From positions 44,950,001 to 45,014,000 of the forward strand of contig NW_027266297.1 in the NCBI RefSeq assembly GCF_022045235.1: DNA of 64,000 nt, written 5' to 3'. This DNA comes from Haliotis cracherodii (Eukaryota). The notes below the pieces were generated by a model. That model was not told where the DNA came from. It saw only the letters and a program-made list of their open reading frames with translations, and did not search any database. Below are positions 11,811 through 24,827 of this stretch, piece after piece (the first letter of the stretch is position 1; every line of letters starts with the position of its first letter). The position numbers were made by a program, and so were the translations under genes.

Positions 11811-14235
11811 TCCTGTGCGCTTTGTTGTCTTTATACTGACACCATGTTAACATTGGAATCGTTTGTGCTGTGTTGTCTTTATACTGACACCATGTTAACA
11901 TTGGAATATTGTGTGCCGTGTTGTCTTTATACAGATACCATGTTAACATTGGAATTTTGTGTGCTGTGTTGTCTTTATACTGATACCATGTTAACATTGG
12001 AATATTGTGTGCCGTGTTGTCTTTATACTGATACCATGTTAATATTGGAATCGTGTGGGCTGTGTTGTCTTTATACTGGAACCATGTTAACATTGCAATT
12101 TTGTGTGCTGTGTTGTCCTTATACAGATACCATGTTAACATTGGAATCTTGTGTGCTGTGTTGTCATTATATAGATACCATGTTAACATTGGAATCTTGT
12201 GTGCTGTGTTGTCATTATATAGATACCATGTTAACATTGGAATCTTGTGTGTTGTGTTGTCATTATATAGATACCATGTTAATATTGGAATCTTGTGTGC
12301 TGTGTTGTCCTTATATAGATACCATGTTAATATTGGAATCTTGTGTGCTGTGTTGTCTTTATACTGATACCATGTTAACATTGGAATCTTGTGTGCTGTG
12401 TTGTCATTATATAGATACCATGTTAACATTGGAATCTTGTGTGTTGTGTTGTCATTATATAGATACCATGTTAATATTGGAATCTTGTGTGCTGTGTTGT
12501 CATTATATAGATACCATGTTAACATTGGAATCTTGTGTGCTGTGTTGTCATTATATAGATACCATGTTAACATTGGAATCTTGTGTGTTGTGTTGTCATT
12601 ATATAGATACCATGTTAATATTGGAATCTTGTGTGCTGTGTTGTCATTATATAGATACCATGTTAATATTGGAATCTTGTGTGTTGTGTTGTCATTATAT
12701 AGATACCATGTTAACATTGGAATCTTGTGTGCTGTGTTGTCATTATATAGATACCATGTTAACATTGGAATCTTGTGTGTTGTGTTGTCATTATATAGAT
12801 ACCATGTTAATATTGGAATCTTGTGTGCTGTGTTGTCATTATATAGATACCATGTTAACATTGGAGTCTTGTGTCCTGTGTTGTCATTATATAGATACCA
12901 TGTTGATATTGGAATCTTGTGTGCTGTGTTGCCTTTATACTGATACCATGTTAACATTGGAATCTTGTGTGCTGTGTTGCCTTTATACTGATACCATGTT
13001 AACAGTGGAATCGGGGCGGTCGGGTAGCCTGGTGGTTAAAGTGTTCGCTCGTCACGCCGAAGACCCGGGTTCGATTCCCGACATGGGTACAATGTGTGAA
13101 GCCCATTTCTTGTGTCCCCCGCCGTGATATTGCTGGAATATTGCTAAAAGCGGCGTAAAACCAAACTCACTCACTCACTCACTCACTAATATTGGAATCT
13201 TGTGTGCTGTGTTGTCTTTATACTGATACTATGTTAACATTGGAATATTGTGTGCTGTGTTGTCCTTATATAGATACCATGTTAATATTGGAATCTTGTG
13301 TGCTGTGTTATCTTTATACTGATACCATGTTAACATTGGAGTCTTGTGTGCTGTGTTGCCTTTATATTGATACTATGTTAATATTGGAATCTTGTGTGCT
13401 GTGTTGTCCTTATATAGATACTATGTTAATATTGGAATCTTGTGTGCTGTGTTGTCTGTATACTGATACCATGTTAACATTGGAATATTGTGTGCTGTGT
13501 TGTCCTTATATAGATACCATGTTAATATTGGAATCTTGTGTGCTGTGTTATCTTTATACTGATACCATGTTAACATTGGAGTCTTGTGTGCTGTGTTGCC
13601 TTTATATTGATACTATGTTAATATTGGAATCCTGTGTGCTGTGTTGTCCTTATACTGATACCATGTTAACATTGGAATCTTGTGTGCTGTGTTGTCCTTA
13701 TACTGGAACCATGTTAACATTGGAATCTTGTGTGCTGTGTTGTCCTTATATAGATACCATGTTAACCCTGGAATCTTGTGTGTTGTGTTGTCTTTATACT
13801 GATACCATGTTAACATTGGAATCTTGTGCGCTGTGTTGTCCTAATATAGATACCATGTTAACATTGGATTCCTGTGTGCTGTGTTGTCTTTATACTGATA
13901 CATGTTAACCTAGGAATCTTGTGTGCTGTGTTGTCTTTATACTGATACCATGTTAACATTGGAATCTTGTGTGCTGTGTTGTCCTAATACAAAAACCATG
14001 TTAATATTGGAATCTTGTGCGGTGTGTTCTCCGTATACTGATACTATGTTAATATTGGAATCTTGTGTGCTGTGTTGTCCTAATATAGATACCATGTTAA
14101 CATTGGAGTCTTGTGTGCTGTGTTGTCTTTATACTGATACCATCTTAACATTGGAATCTTGTGTGCTGTGTTGTCCTTATACTGAAACCATGTTAATATT
14201 GGAATCTTGTGTGCTGTGCTGTCCTTACACTGAAC
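11510..14235. repeat. 48-bp satellite array 1 (GATACCATGTTAACATTGGAATCTTGTGTGCTGTGTTGTCTTTATACT), interrupted by a SINE
   Basis: ~53 tandem units; same unit as the array at 24828-28918. Confidence 0.97.
13013..13187 (+). mobile_element. tRNA-derived SINE (family 1) inserted in the satellite
   Basis: A box TAGCCTGGTGG, B box GGTTCGATTCC, tRNA-Asp-like GTC loop, (CACT)n tail; near-identical copies at 41462 and 52393. Confidence 0.9.
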
Positions 14236-15465
14236 GTTGATATCAATACCTTGTGTTCAGTATCCCTGATACACAATGTCTATAATTCTGAAATTAAATA
14301 TTTTAAGGTGTGACGTTTCTCCCTGAAATACACACTTGAGATGACTCCGAACCGATGTTATATCTACACACCTCATGAAATATTGTAAATATTGAAATTA
14401 ATGCCTCTCCAAATTAATACGATTGATGACTCCTTTTCAAAAACGTGACTCAATATCAATTAATGGGTACTTGAAAGCGTTCCCAGCTGCTGACTTTTGC
14501 AGGTTTTTGTATTAATTTGGATTAAACAATAAATGATTTTTTTCTTTGTTCCAATCTATTATTTTTGGCAATTAAAGTAAATAGCGATTCATTGTACATG
14601 TTTTGTTATAAAGATAATGGTCGACCGTGGCACCAAAGAAACTGTGAACATGGAGATATTTAAGGACCAAATTGAAGCTGCTGATTAGGTTAATGATCTG
14701 CCAACCCTTTACGCCGATGTTAGCTATGTTACAGCAGCCTATCTGTAATACATCTGACCCATACTGACCACTGGTTGACAGCATGAAGAACGATCCACAC
14801 AATCCGGGTTCGATGAAGCCTTCCGATCAACATTTAGATATAAGGTCAATGACGGGCTAATGTAGCCTTCTTTGCCCCAGAACTATGGCAAGGTGAAGGT
14901 TTATCATAGTATGCATACCAAAGCTTACAAATAGCAGACATTTATCTGATATCTGCTGTGAATGAATTGGTGTATATATCATCGCATTGACACACTACAC
15001 ATTGTATACGAGATACTGAACGTAGTTTCCCCACGTCACCTATTTTAGAGTCTTTAAACAATACGTAACCACGCGCTTAATGGAGTAATCAAGGTAGACA
15101 GTTCAAAGCCCATAGAAGACATCAAAGTGATCGCCATTTGCCGCTGAAGTTATGTTACGAATTATACTACACGAGGTGAGATATCCAAGAGTTATTAAAA
15201 CAAACGTTAAAACTTACTTTTTCAAAAATGCACAATTTAATCAAACCTAAGGCAGCGTAAGTTATGAGCGTGTGTACAGAAAGTGGTATGGTCGTGTGAG
15301 GTATGTGATCAGGTGTAAGATTCTCTGGCTGCTTGAAGTATAAATGGAGGGACAGAGTGAGGTGAGAATAAAATGGTCTGGTTGTGTGAAGGTGACATTC
15401 TATTAACGTGAGCGTTGATTCGGGCAGGAACCAGCATGTATTACACTGCTCTACACATGATTTTT

Positions 15466-15520
15466 TTTGTTGTTTAACGCCGCACTCAGCAATGTTCCAG
15501 CTATATGACGGCGACACATA
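15466..15520 (-). mobile_element. 3' end fragment of SINE (family 3)
   Basis: TGTTGTTTAACGCCGCACTCAGCAATGTTCCAGCTATATGACGGCG matches the copies at 59665 and 62380. Confidence 0.6.
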
Positions 15521-15931
15521 CAAATGAACAGAAGGTTGAGCTTCTTCCTATCTACCGGATGTACTCTCTTGTCATGACAGTGTAGGTCATGACACACTTG
15601 TCAGATGAGTAAAATATGAAACATTCAGAATAGCAATGCTCATCGTTCTTTAATCAAACTTCACTGCAGGATTTTAGATTACAGGCTAATAGCTGGAATT
15701 GATGAAGAATTGTGGACTACTTTCAAACAAATACGATAACATTGATGAAGAAAATAGAACATTATCATTATTGATATAGGTATTAATTTAACATACAGTG
15801 GAATTACAGATCCGCATTTGAAGGGTCTTAAAATGGTTTGAGAAGAACAATCGCTGTTTTCTTGTGGAAGAAGGTCCTACATGAATTCCATTGAAAACAA
15901 AAAATGTGCTTATAGGGATAGCATGAAACTC

Positions 15932-16954
15932 CTACAGGAAGAGAGCAGCAATGATGGAGCCAATGACAACAGCCGTCGCCGATGCGGACCGTGAGCAGCT
16001 GCTGGTCGTGACGCTGATCTCGTCAGACATCACCGTGTTCCACCATGTTCGTAGATTCTGGACAACTGTAGCCCTGGAACATAATGGGACATTTACAAAT
16101 GGAGCGACATAAAGACTCGCCACCACATGTTTAGGTCATTAGGTCCAGCACAAGACATAGGTTGATTTTCTGTCCCAACAATCATGCTTATATGGCGCGC
16201 AGAATATTGTATGCATTAGCAGAATAGAGAGTTCGCGTTTCATTCTGGCACGGTAGAATTGAGATACGTAATTTTGATTTTGATTTTGAAATTTTCAATG
16301 TAATGGTAGAAAAGACGTTTATCTCTTATGGACAGTGTTACACAATCACTTATATTCATATTCATATTCAGTAATTTTCACAGCTTGTTTGACCTTTACG
16401 CCATTTTGGAATCTGTTTCGGCGGATAATCTAGCCTGGTTATTCTCTTACATTGACGTTATATATTTAACGTACCTGAACTCGATGCCCTGTGACACGTC
16501 GTAACCACCTGGTGCCTTCCAGGTGAACATAACTGACGTCTTCTCAGTTGCATTTGTGTGGGTGATGGAGTTCTGAGAATGAATGATGTGTCAACAGCTG
16601 GACGTGTTACGTGTAAAATTCGTAAACTTTCGAAAATATTACTATGATCCGGGCAACCGTACTTTATATACAATAACTGCGAACTTGAAAACCTACCTTG
16701 TCGCCACCTGCACAGTTTTTGGTTTGAATAGTACCATCCGAGGCGGTATACTTGGCAAATGTCCCGGGCACTATGGCAGTGTCGGCGGTGGTACACTTGG
16801 TACAGCGGGCTTGGACCAGGAAACCCTTGAAGTATCCGTTGGTTGCAGTTGTGTTCAGGGTGACTGAAATATACAACACACATACAGAGTAATACGAGAG
16901 AGGCACCATCTAGCAAACAAAAGCTTTCAGGTTAACGTTTGATCTGATTATTAG

Positions 16955-17036
<82 letters not shown>

Positions 17037-19169
17037 GAGAGGGGGTGGGGGGGTGGGGGGGCCTACAACAACAACAATGGTTCTGGTTGGTATCAAATGA
17101 AAGTGGAATTCATTTAAGTCCAGTGAAAAGTATTATCACATGGTCAGATTTTATGGACGTTGACTTTTTCAGATATTTTTAACAAAGCTCAATTTTAACA
17201 GCTCAATCGTTTAGGTGTATGAGTGTCAAGTCGTTAGAGATCACCTCCGGTCTGGAATTCCTTGGGGACACAACTTTAGGCAGGCAGCTATAACATGTAG
17301 ATCAAGAGACTGAAGTGAAGCGGCAAGCGCTTAGTCCACAGATAATAGTCTTTAGAGAAAGAAGAGCCCCCTATATGCTTGAATACTGTTTTTTAACACC
17401 AGTCTTCCTTACTCGCATATATGGCAGTCCTGGGAAGTGCAGCTGCATCTACCTGGTAAGACTACATGTAGGGGACTGATTAAACACGCCTTGCCTGGTT
17501 TAGTTTTACTCCCTGGGCACTATCATGACGTCATATCACTCATTGTGACACATAAGATATGTCATGACGTAACTGTCGTATTTTCACACATACAAGTACT
17601 TCTATCCTCAGCGGTGATGCAAACCAGTTGTTACACTAAGCGGTTTTTGTATGATTTGAAACCTCTGAATAGACCAATCAGAATTAAGAATTTTACAAAT
17701 TCATGATAGAATAATAATTCAATATTTCTGCAATCAGTCACCCTGCATAAATTTGAGAAGAGGAAATGAGGTGTTAAGATAAACGATTATACCTTGACCT
17801 TTTTATGAGACAAGCACGAGTAGCAGTTGGGGAGTCATGGATGAAATATTATCTACAGACGAGTACACACTTGCAGATCTGTTTCTTTAAGCGCACGAAT
17901 CGGAACATCTGATCGGATTGGCTAATTCGAAACAAGGCAAATTTGCCAACAAGTTTAACTTAAGCTTTAGGGATATCGATGATACGAAAATCGTTCAATG
18001 ACGGTCAAACAGCCAAGTGAACTGATTTACCCACCTGGGTCCACTTGCACAAAGCGATCTTAGCACTAAGACTATCGTTCACCTATGTTAAAGTATGGAA
18101 GTTACGAACGTCTTAGCGCTAAGATCGCTTTGTGCAAGTGGGCCCAGATCTTCTATGGGGACAAAAGAGGCTCGTGAAACTGTCTTATCTATTTCATATT
18201 TAAATGTTTGCATACGGATTCAGAGCGACAATAATTCTTATTATCGAACAATATTCCAGCAGCTCCAGCCTTTGGTGTCTACATTTCACAACTGTTGAGG
18301 TACAATCGATCATGCTCAGTATTGGAAGATTTCAAAGATCATCAAACGACTCTTGTTAAAAAAGCTTTCAAGAGGTATTATGGTAGACATGTGGAGAACA
18401 TTTCCAAATTTGACGCCTCAGTGACCAAATGGTGTCCGATGCCATTCCTTGTTTGGACTTGTACCACGTGTTCCTGTGTTGTTGTTTCTCAGGCATGTGT
18501 CTGTGACGGGAGCCCCTTTCGCGAACACCTGGTATGATCAGTATCATAAATAAACGATGCGTAACACAACGATGCTCTCTGCCATGACTAATTTTATAAG
18601 CTTTCAACATTCCATACCCTCCACAGTTATATAAAAAATACTCACCTTTTGGCAAACACATGGCATCAACACTATTTGATAGTGATTCATAAACACATGC
18701 TCATGATATATTCCAAGTCGTACAATGTCTTATGAATCAAAACATTATGGAAAGAGTGTGGTCGCTTTTATTGGCGAAATATTTGTTATGTGAATACAGC
18801 GTTATTCACCTTCGTTAAAACCCCCAGAAGATGTTTTGTTTTACTCGAACGTGCATGTAGCCTGACTGTATCGACATCTTGTTGTCAGATATTTACATAT
18901 GTGTAGGAGAACTACCACAAATGTTGATAACGTCGTAAACTCATAACGCTGAAGCATGTGACGCATGCGGACTTACCTGTAACCATCCCTCCCTGTTTGA
19001 TGGAATTTGTATCTACGAAGAGTGAGTATGGCGGCGTTGAGTTCTGGGAGATGGTACCGACATGTTGTGGAGTGAGGTTGATGCAGGCTTGATCTCCTGC
19101 TCCTGTAGGGTAGCCCAGGACCAGCACGGGCAGGACACAGGCGATAAGGAGGACGATGTACGCAGCCAT
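15932..19169 (-). CDS. Reeler-domain protein, paralogue B, 199 aa, signal peptide and probable GPI anchor. Exons 19169-18977, 16863-16697, 16572-16475, 16073-15932
   Basis: Four GT-AG exons (193+167+98+142=600 nt) splice into an intact ORF ending ...RATVVQNLRTWWNTVMSDEISVTTSSCSRSASATAVVIGSIIAALFL*. Confidence 0.93.
16958..17040. repeat. (GA)n microsatellite
   Basis: Direct observation. Confidence 0.95.
18035..18147. mobile_element. ~110-bp palindromic MITE (same family as 6501-6612)
   Basis: Long inverted repeats CTGGGTCCACTTGCACAAAGCGATCTTAGC / GCTAAGATCGCTTTGTGCAAGTGGGCCCAG. Confidence 0.85.
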
Positions 19170-19195
19170 CTAGAATGATGTCATCATTTAATCTT

Positions 19196-19272
19196 TTCAT
19201 TCATTCATTCATTCATTCATTCATTCATTCATTCATTCATTCATGCATTCATTCATTCATTCATTCATTCAT
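19196..19272. repeat. (TTCA)n microsatellite just upstream of the gene B start-exon acceptor
   Basis: Direct observation. Confidence 0.95.
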
Positions 19273-21668
19273 AAAATAAAATAAAATAAGTAGATTACAA
19301 CAATAGAGTTGTACAAGTGAGTGTATTACTCGGGTCTTCTATGTAATTATTTTTATAATACATTTTACTTTTGTCAACATACAAAAGGTTTAGGCACTAG
19401 TTGAACATATTTCGGTTTTATCCCGGCTTGTTAGCATGAACTGAGAGAGAAGCCCTACTAGATGCAGGTCTTAGACGTCTACCACTTTGGTGACATCCTC
19501 GAGCACCGGTAGGGTGCAAAGACACCTAGAAACATCAAGGCGAATCTCTATTTGGAATTAGCGTCCATAGGTTCCTGGGACGCATAAAGGAACGCAACTC
19601 TGCACACTGAACTCATGCTAGAAACAAGTATAGTGATGCACACGTTCAATAAAGCCGTAACATAGATCCATTGCTTATTTTAGTGCATAGATAGATATAT
19701 TACTTCGGTATTAATAAGTATACTATTTGGCTATTTTAATGGCTGATTCTATTATTAGGGCTCCAAGCCGAAAGGCCTATTGTAATCGGACGATTTATTT
19801 ATTATAATTATTCCGCCGATTTTTGTACCAGAGCTAGGAAAGTAACCACTGGCTCGATTCCTTTCAAATTTTGTATGTGTATGGAGACAGTTGAACACTA
19901 GATATGGAAAATAAATCCCAAGGTCGTAGGCCCAACGACAAAGGGCATATAACTGAAGTTTTGAAGATATGTCTTGCCCTATTGCTCCGCAACCGCGTCT
20001 GATTACTTTCAAACTTTGCATGTGTCTGCTGCTTTAGGTGCTTGTCATTTCATATTCTTTAACTTCGGTCATTGGTTACTTGGTTTGGCAGCCATATTGG
20101 ATTCAAGGTTTTCACAGGGTTTTTTTGGTACTAGTCTTCAAATCCCATCTCCTCTGCATCCCTTGCATAAAATGCATTCAAATTTTCTAAGCGTTGTCTC
20201 CATACAAAACATAATTACGTGTCTTAACAGATTTTTGATATCTTGTTTAGTTGCGACTGTATTGCATTTTGATTTTGACACTTTCTTCACCGAAATTTTA
20301 CTTTAAAGAGTATATCTTGTAATGTTGTTGAGAGAAACTATGGCAAGTTTACATGAAGTTAGTGTGCCATATGCATCTCATTGTTTGTTCTTGGTTGCAT
20401 GCTAAAAGTAACATCGCTTGGTGGTGATATTTGACTAATATTTGAGCATGCCAATTTCGTAGCAGCGATGTCTTGCAAACGGTGACTTTCTTTTGACGGA
20501 GTTTGTACAAGCAAACCCTTTTAGGATTCGAACATGTTCGAGGTCGGAAATGGGTTTAGAACAGACTTGGACACCCCGACACACGCCAATTTCGTAGTGA
20601 CGGATTTGGTACAAGGAAACTCTTTGAGGATTCGAACATGAACGTTTGTCCACAGTGTTACTTTGAGCCCGTCATTGCTGCTTGCAGCTTTAATATATTT
20701 ATTGGATTTAATATTACATGTCATAAAACCGGACTGTATCATACACAATGTAATCGTCCAAAGTATCACGTTTCTGGATTAACGAAGTTAACGGGATATC
20801 ATTCATTTGGATGTACATCGTCCCACTCGCCAGGTCATTGTATAGAATTGATCATAGGTTCAAGTTACATTATCAAACAGAAGAGAAGATGAAATGACAC
20901 GTCTCTTGAAGTTTTGTGGTATTTCTAAACAGATTAATGTAAAACTACTTGGTATATTCCAGAAATGCTAATTCACAGTGTGTTAGACACATCAATAGAG
21001 TTAGTGTTAGTCCCAAGATATCAAGGAGACATTGAATGTCAATCACAAACCCCGATGCCCATACTGTTACTGCTGGAGACGGCAGCTGTCATCCCTGGAT
21101 CCGGAAAACTCAAGTGGCGGATGACACCGCCCCACTGTTAGGAGATACTATCGGAGTCCAACGTACACACTTTCGATTGTGAGAATGTGAAGGCGTGATT
21201 GTGAATAAACTGTCGGCAGATTTTCAACCATTGCATCAGTTGTGTTCGACAGAGAAACATAACATCATCATTATACTGTTCCTCATTCTCATACCTTCCT
21301 AAACAATCACAAATATGTGACGATTTGATCCAGACGAACCCATCTTAGTGTCACCATCATCTAGTCACTTACTTAAATACCTACAAGAGGAATGTTGGGA
21401 GAATCTGACCCCCTCTAGTTGAGTGACCAAACAGATACAGTTCCTGACTTTCACTCTCAAAGACGATATACGTACTGACACAACTAAGAACAAGGTGACA
21501 TAATAATCAGATTTATATATAAAAACTGGAAAGATCGCTTGGCCGTGAACGGACGAGTTTTTGTAAAGTAAAATACAGTTTCCAAAACAGGAACCTATTA
21601 TCATATTAAGTATAAGTAACACCAGACACTAAAACACTAAGAGTATTATCTACATACAGTATACTGAC

Positions 21669-21770
21669 CTCAGTGTTCCTACAGACTACAGTCTAACAGC
21701 GTCGTCAGTGTGCGGGACCCAGTAGTGACTGTGAAATCCACTCCTGAACCGGAACACGACAGACGACGTA
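21669..21770 (-). other. Putative non-coding 5' UTR exon of gene B (upstream boundary approximate)
   Basis: Donor GAG|GTCAGT; homologous to 7732-7830 and 40580-40670. Confidence 0.6.
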
Positions 21771-24700
21771 TCCGGTTTACACATATGCAGCAGTGCAGAT
21801 AAGACTCGTTCCACCTGAGTGTGATAAAGAGATGCCTAGATGGCAAGACATGTTTGAGGTGGAAGCAGTGCAGTTACTGCAAAGTAAAGGGCAGGGTGTG
21901 GTAAGGGGGCCTTGTTGACCAAGCGGATGTGTAAAATGTCAGAATTTAGGGATATCTTTCAGTATAATATTAGTTTGATGAGTTCTTGTAGACCAAAATT
22001 TGTTATTTTCAAAACTTGCATGTTGTAGATATATTACAACATCACATGTAAAGGTCTATCAAATAATTTTAACGTTTTCACTAAGCAATTTTCTGCTATT
22101 TTCTCCGCTGATTAAATTAGAAGATGCAGTTAAATACATCGCAGCCATACAATGAAACGTGTATTTTTGGGGACAGTTAGATTCTCTCTAGACGCAAACT
22201 AGTCCTTTATCCATACCTTTGAGTTGACCAATTCATCGGCCCGAAACGCACATGTTATTGAAAGTCAAATGCAGTCACACGGTCATGTCAGATAGCTTTC
22301 ATGACAATACTTCGAAGCCTTCGGACCCTACCTGGGCAATCTACCATACCTGGACCTAGAGCTCATTCTATCTCGCTTACTGGTCATTGGGCAACACATG
22401 TTCGTTTTTAAAAAGAAGACTTATCAATATTTCATTGAATTAAGTAAAATAGAAGAACGGCCAAAACTACTAGCTGTTAACCGAATCATTCTAATGTCCT
22501 ACCGGTTGGCATCAGGTGGAAGATTCAAAACTGATCTGATAACTTTATTATCTGACGTGCCATGAAGAACATTTTACACATGAATTGTATCAAGGGAAAA
22601 AGACTTATCTAATACATGGATAAGCAGCGATCCATACTTCATTCTTAACTTTCAGTGATGTTCACCACCATTGGCCCACTTAGATTCAGCATTCCATGTG
22701 TGTATATACCACTACACCCACACACTATCGAAGAATGGCCGTGCCGTCCAAATAAAGGCAATAAAATCCTTTCCATATTCATAAGAAATATCTGCTAAAA
22801 GCAGAGTCCATTGTTCGACTACGACTATATCATGAGCATGTGTTTATGAATCGCTATCAAATAGTCTTGATACCAGGTGTTCACGAAAAGGTGAGTATTT
22901 TTATTTAACTGGGTAGGATATGGGATGTTGAAAGCTTATAGAAGTTGTTATGGCAGAGAACATCATTGTGTTACGCATCGTTTATTTATGATTCAATATA
23001 TCTAGAATTTGCAAGTGAAGGAAAACATTCATCAGGCACTTATATTTTTGTCCTTATTCCGTGACGCTACTGGCCACAATAAGATGTACTTGGTGTGCAC
23101 GGGTGGAGTAATCGCACGTCGCTGTGCATGACCCCTGGGGTGTTGGTTCGAGCTTTGTATTTCCTGGTGTCGATGTACGAGTAAAGCTCACTTGTTCGCG
23201 TGCCGCCGCCTGTCTTTTCGACCGCCCGCCCAGACACATACACACAACCCTATCATAACCCAACACTGCACTGTAGATCCCATCGTTTCATACCAAAGGG
23301 ATATGATGACACGCCAATACAGCCAGATCCCTTATTCAAACACAACATGGTACACCCGCTGCATTGAATCGGCTTCACCTCGTCACCAATTAATGAACAA
23401 TTTGCTGCAAAACGTAGGGATGTGTTTGGTTAAGTATTGTTCGCCGCACTGCGTATCAGCATGTCATCACTCATGATAACGTCATGTAAGGACATGTGGT
23501 CTGTCGGGAGTACTAACAGGCAGTGCAAATGAATTGCCTGACAGTCATTGGCTACTCGTGATGCAAAGTAGATTTCAGTGACACCTCGACCTGACATGAT
23601 ATATATTCTACCCTGGAATTGCTGTCGTGTGCTTATGAAGACATTTCATCATTGTACAGCTGTGAGTTTCGGAACAGCAACCAATAGGGTAAGTTTCACT
23701 GGGCCGTGGCGTTTTAATATCGCAGTAAAGGAGAGAGAGAGAGAGAGAGAGAGAGACGGAGAGAGGGAGAGAGAGGGTGGGAGGGAGGGAGGGAGAGAGG
23801 AAGAGGGAGAGAGTCAGTCCTTTATTCAGACGACTGAATATTCAATCCCTCACTCCCTAAAATGAATATTGTCCTTGTAATTGTGATATATCTTTAGATA
23901 TTCAGTTTAAGAATGTAGGGGCAACCTACGCTACGACATGAAGTGTGGATGTGCTTGGACAGACTCCATCTGCTATCAGCGTGTCCAGGGTGGGGTGCCG
24001 GTCAGCAGTCTTTTTCCCGAGGCAAGGGAGTTAACGCCGGATTAACCCACTCACTAATTCACCCACTGTTCCAGTAACGTTTGGTTCGATTTATGATACT
24101 GAACTGTTCGAGGTGTACTTTCTAACAACATGGTGCACTGGTTGCACTGGACCACGGGACGTCAGCACGGTCCCAAGGTCAACCTCCCTTAAAGCGGCAT
24201 CACTGCGGGCCCCTCACACTGGCAAACTACATTCTTGTTACCACACTCTGAAAAGAAACACATGTACGATACGTCTCGATGCTGCAGTCATTGTATTGTA
24301 CAGTAACTTGGTTGGTTAATGAAAGTTTACTAAACTAAAGACATTATCAATATGTTGTGTTTATGATAAGTGATTGCTGCTGAAAACTTGACATATGTTA
24401 CTTGATATATGACTAATGGATGCCACAACAAATCAATTAAGTCAACGTATCTTTCTCTCGGTGATTAAAATGTGGATTGTCAATGCCTTCCTGAAGATCA
24501 ACTAGCAAAATATATATTCTGTTGTCACTCTCGGAATTACAGATTGAGGAGATTCTGGATGCTATAGTTTCAGACCTTCCAGGGACCAACACGTCTCATG
24601 TACTTATATGTCTTTGTGTCACGTGTTATGTGTCTGTATCATGTGTTAGAAATATATGTGTCATGTGTTGATGCATATGCTGTGTCTGTGTCATATCTCA

Positions 24701-24827
24701 TATGTAATGTTTCTTTGCCTTATGTCTTTATGTTTCATGTGTCTATGTGTGTATGTGTCTAAACATCATGTGTTCATGTAACATGGGCCATGCGTTATGC
24801 TTCATGTGTATATATGATACATATATC

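Noticed and set aside
13013-13090. tRNA-Asp(GTC) gene
   Set aside because: The acceptor stem does not pair, and it is followed by a SINE body and tail; multiple copies, one with a clear TSD.
11782-14240. Long Cys-rich and W/Y-rich ORFs on both strands
   Set aside because: Products of a 48-bp satellite, broken by a SINE, stops and frameshifts; the sister array is full of stops on the + strand.
23050-24260. GC-richer patches with a possible minus-strand acceptor near 24248
   Set aside because: The frames hit stops quickly and show no recognisable protein similarity.
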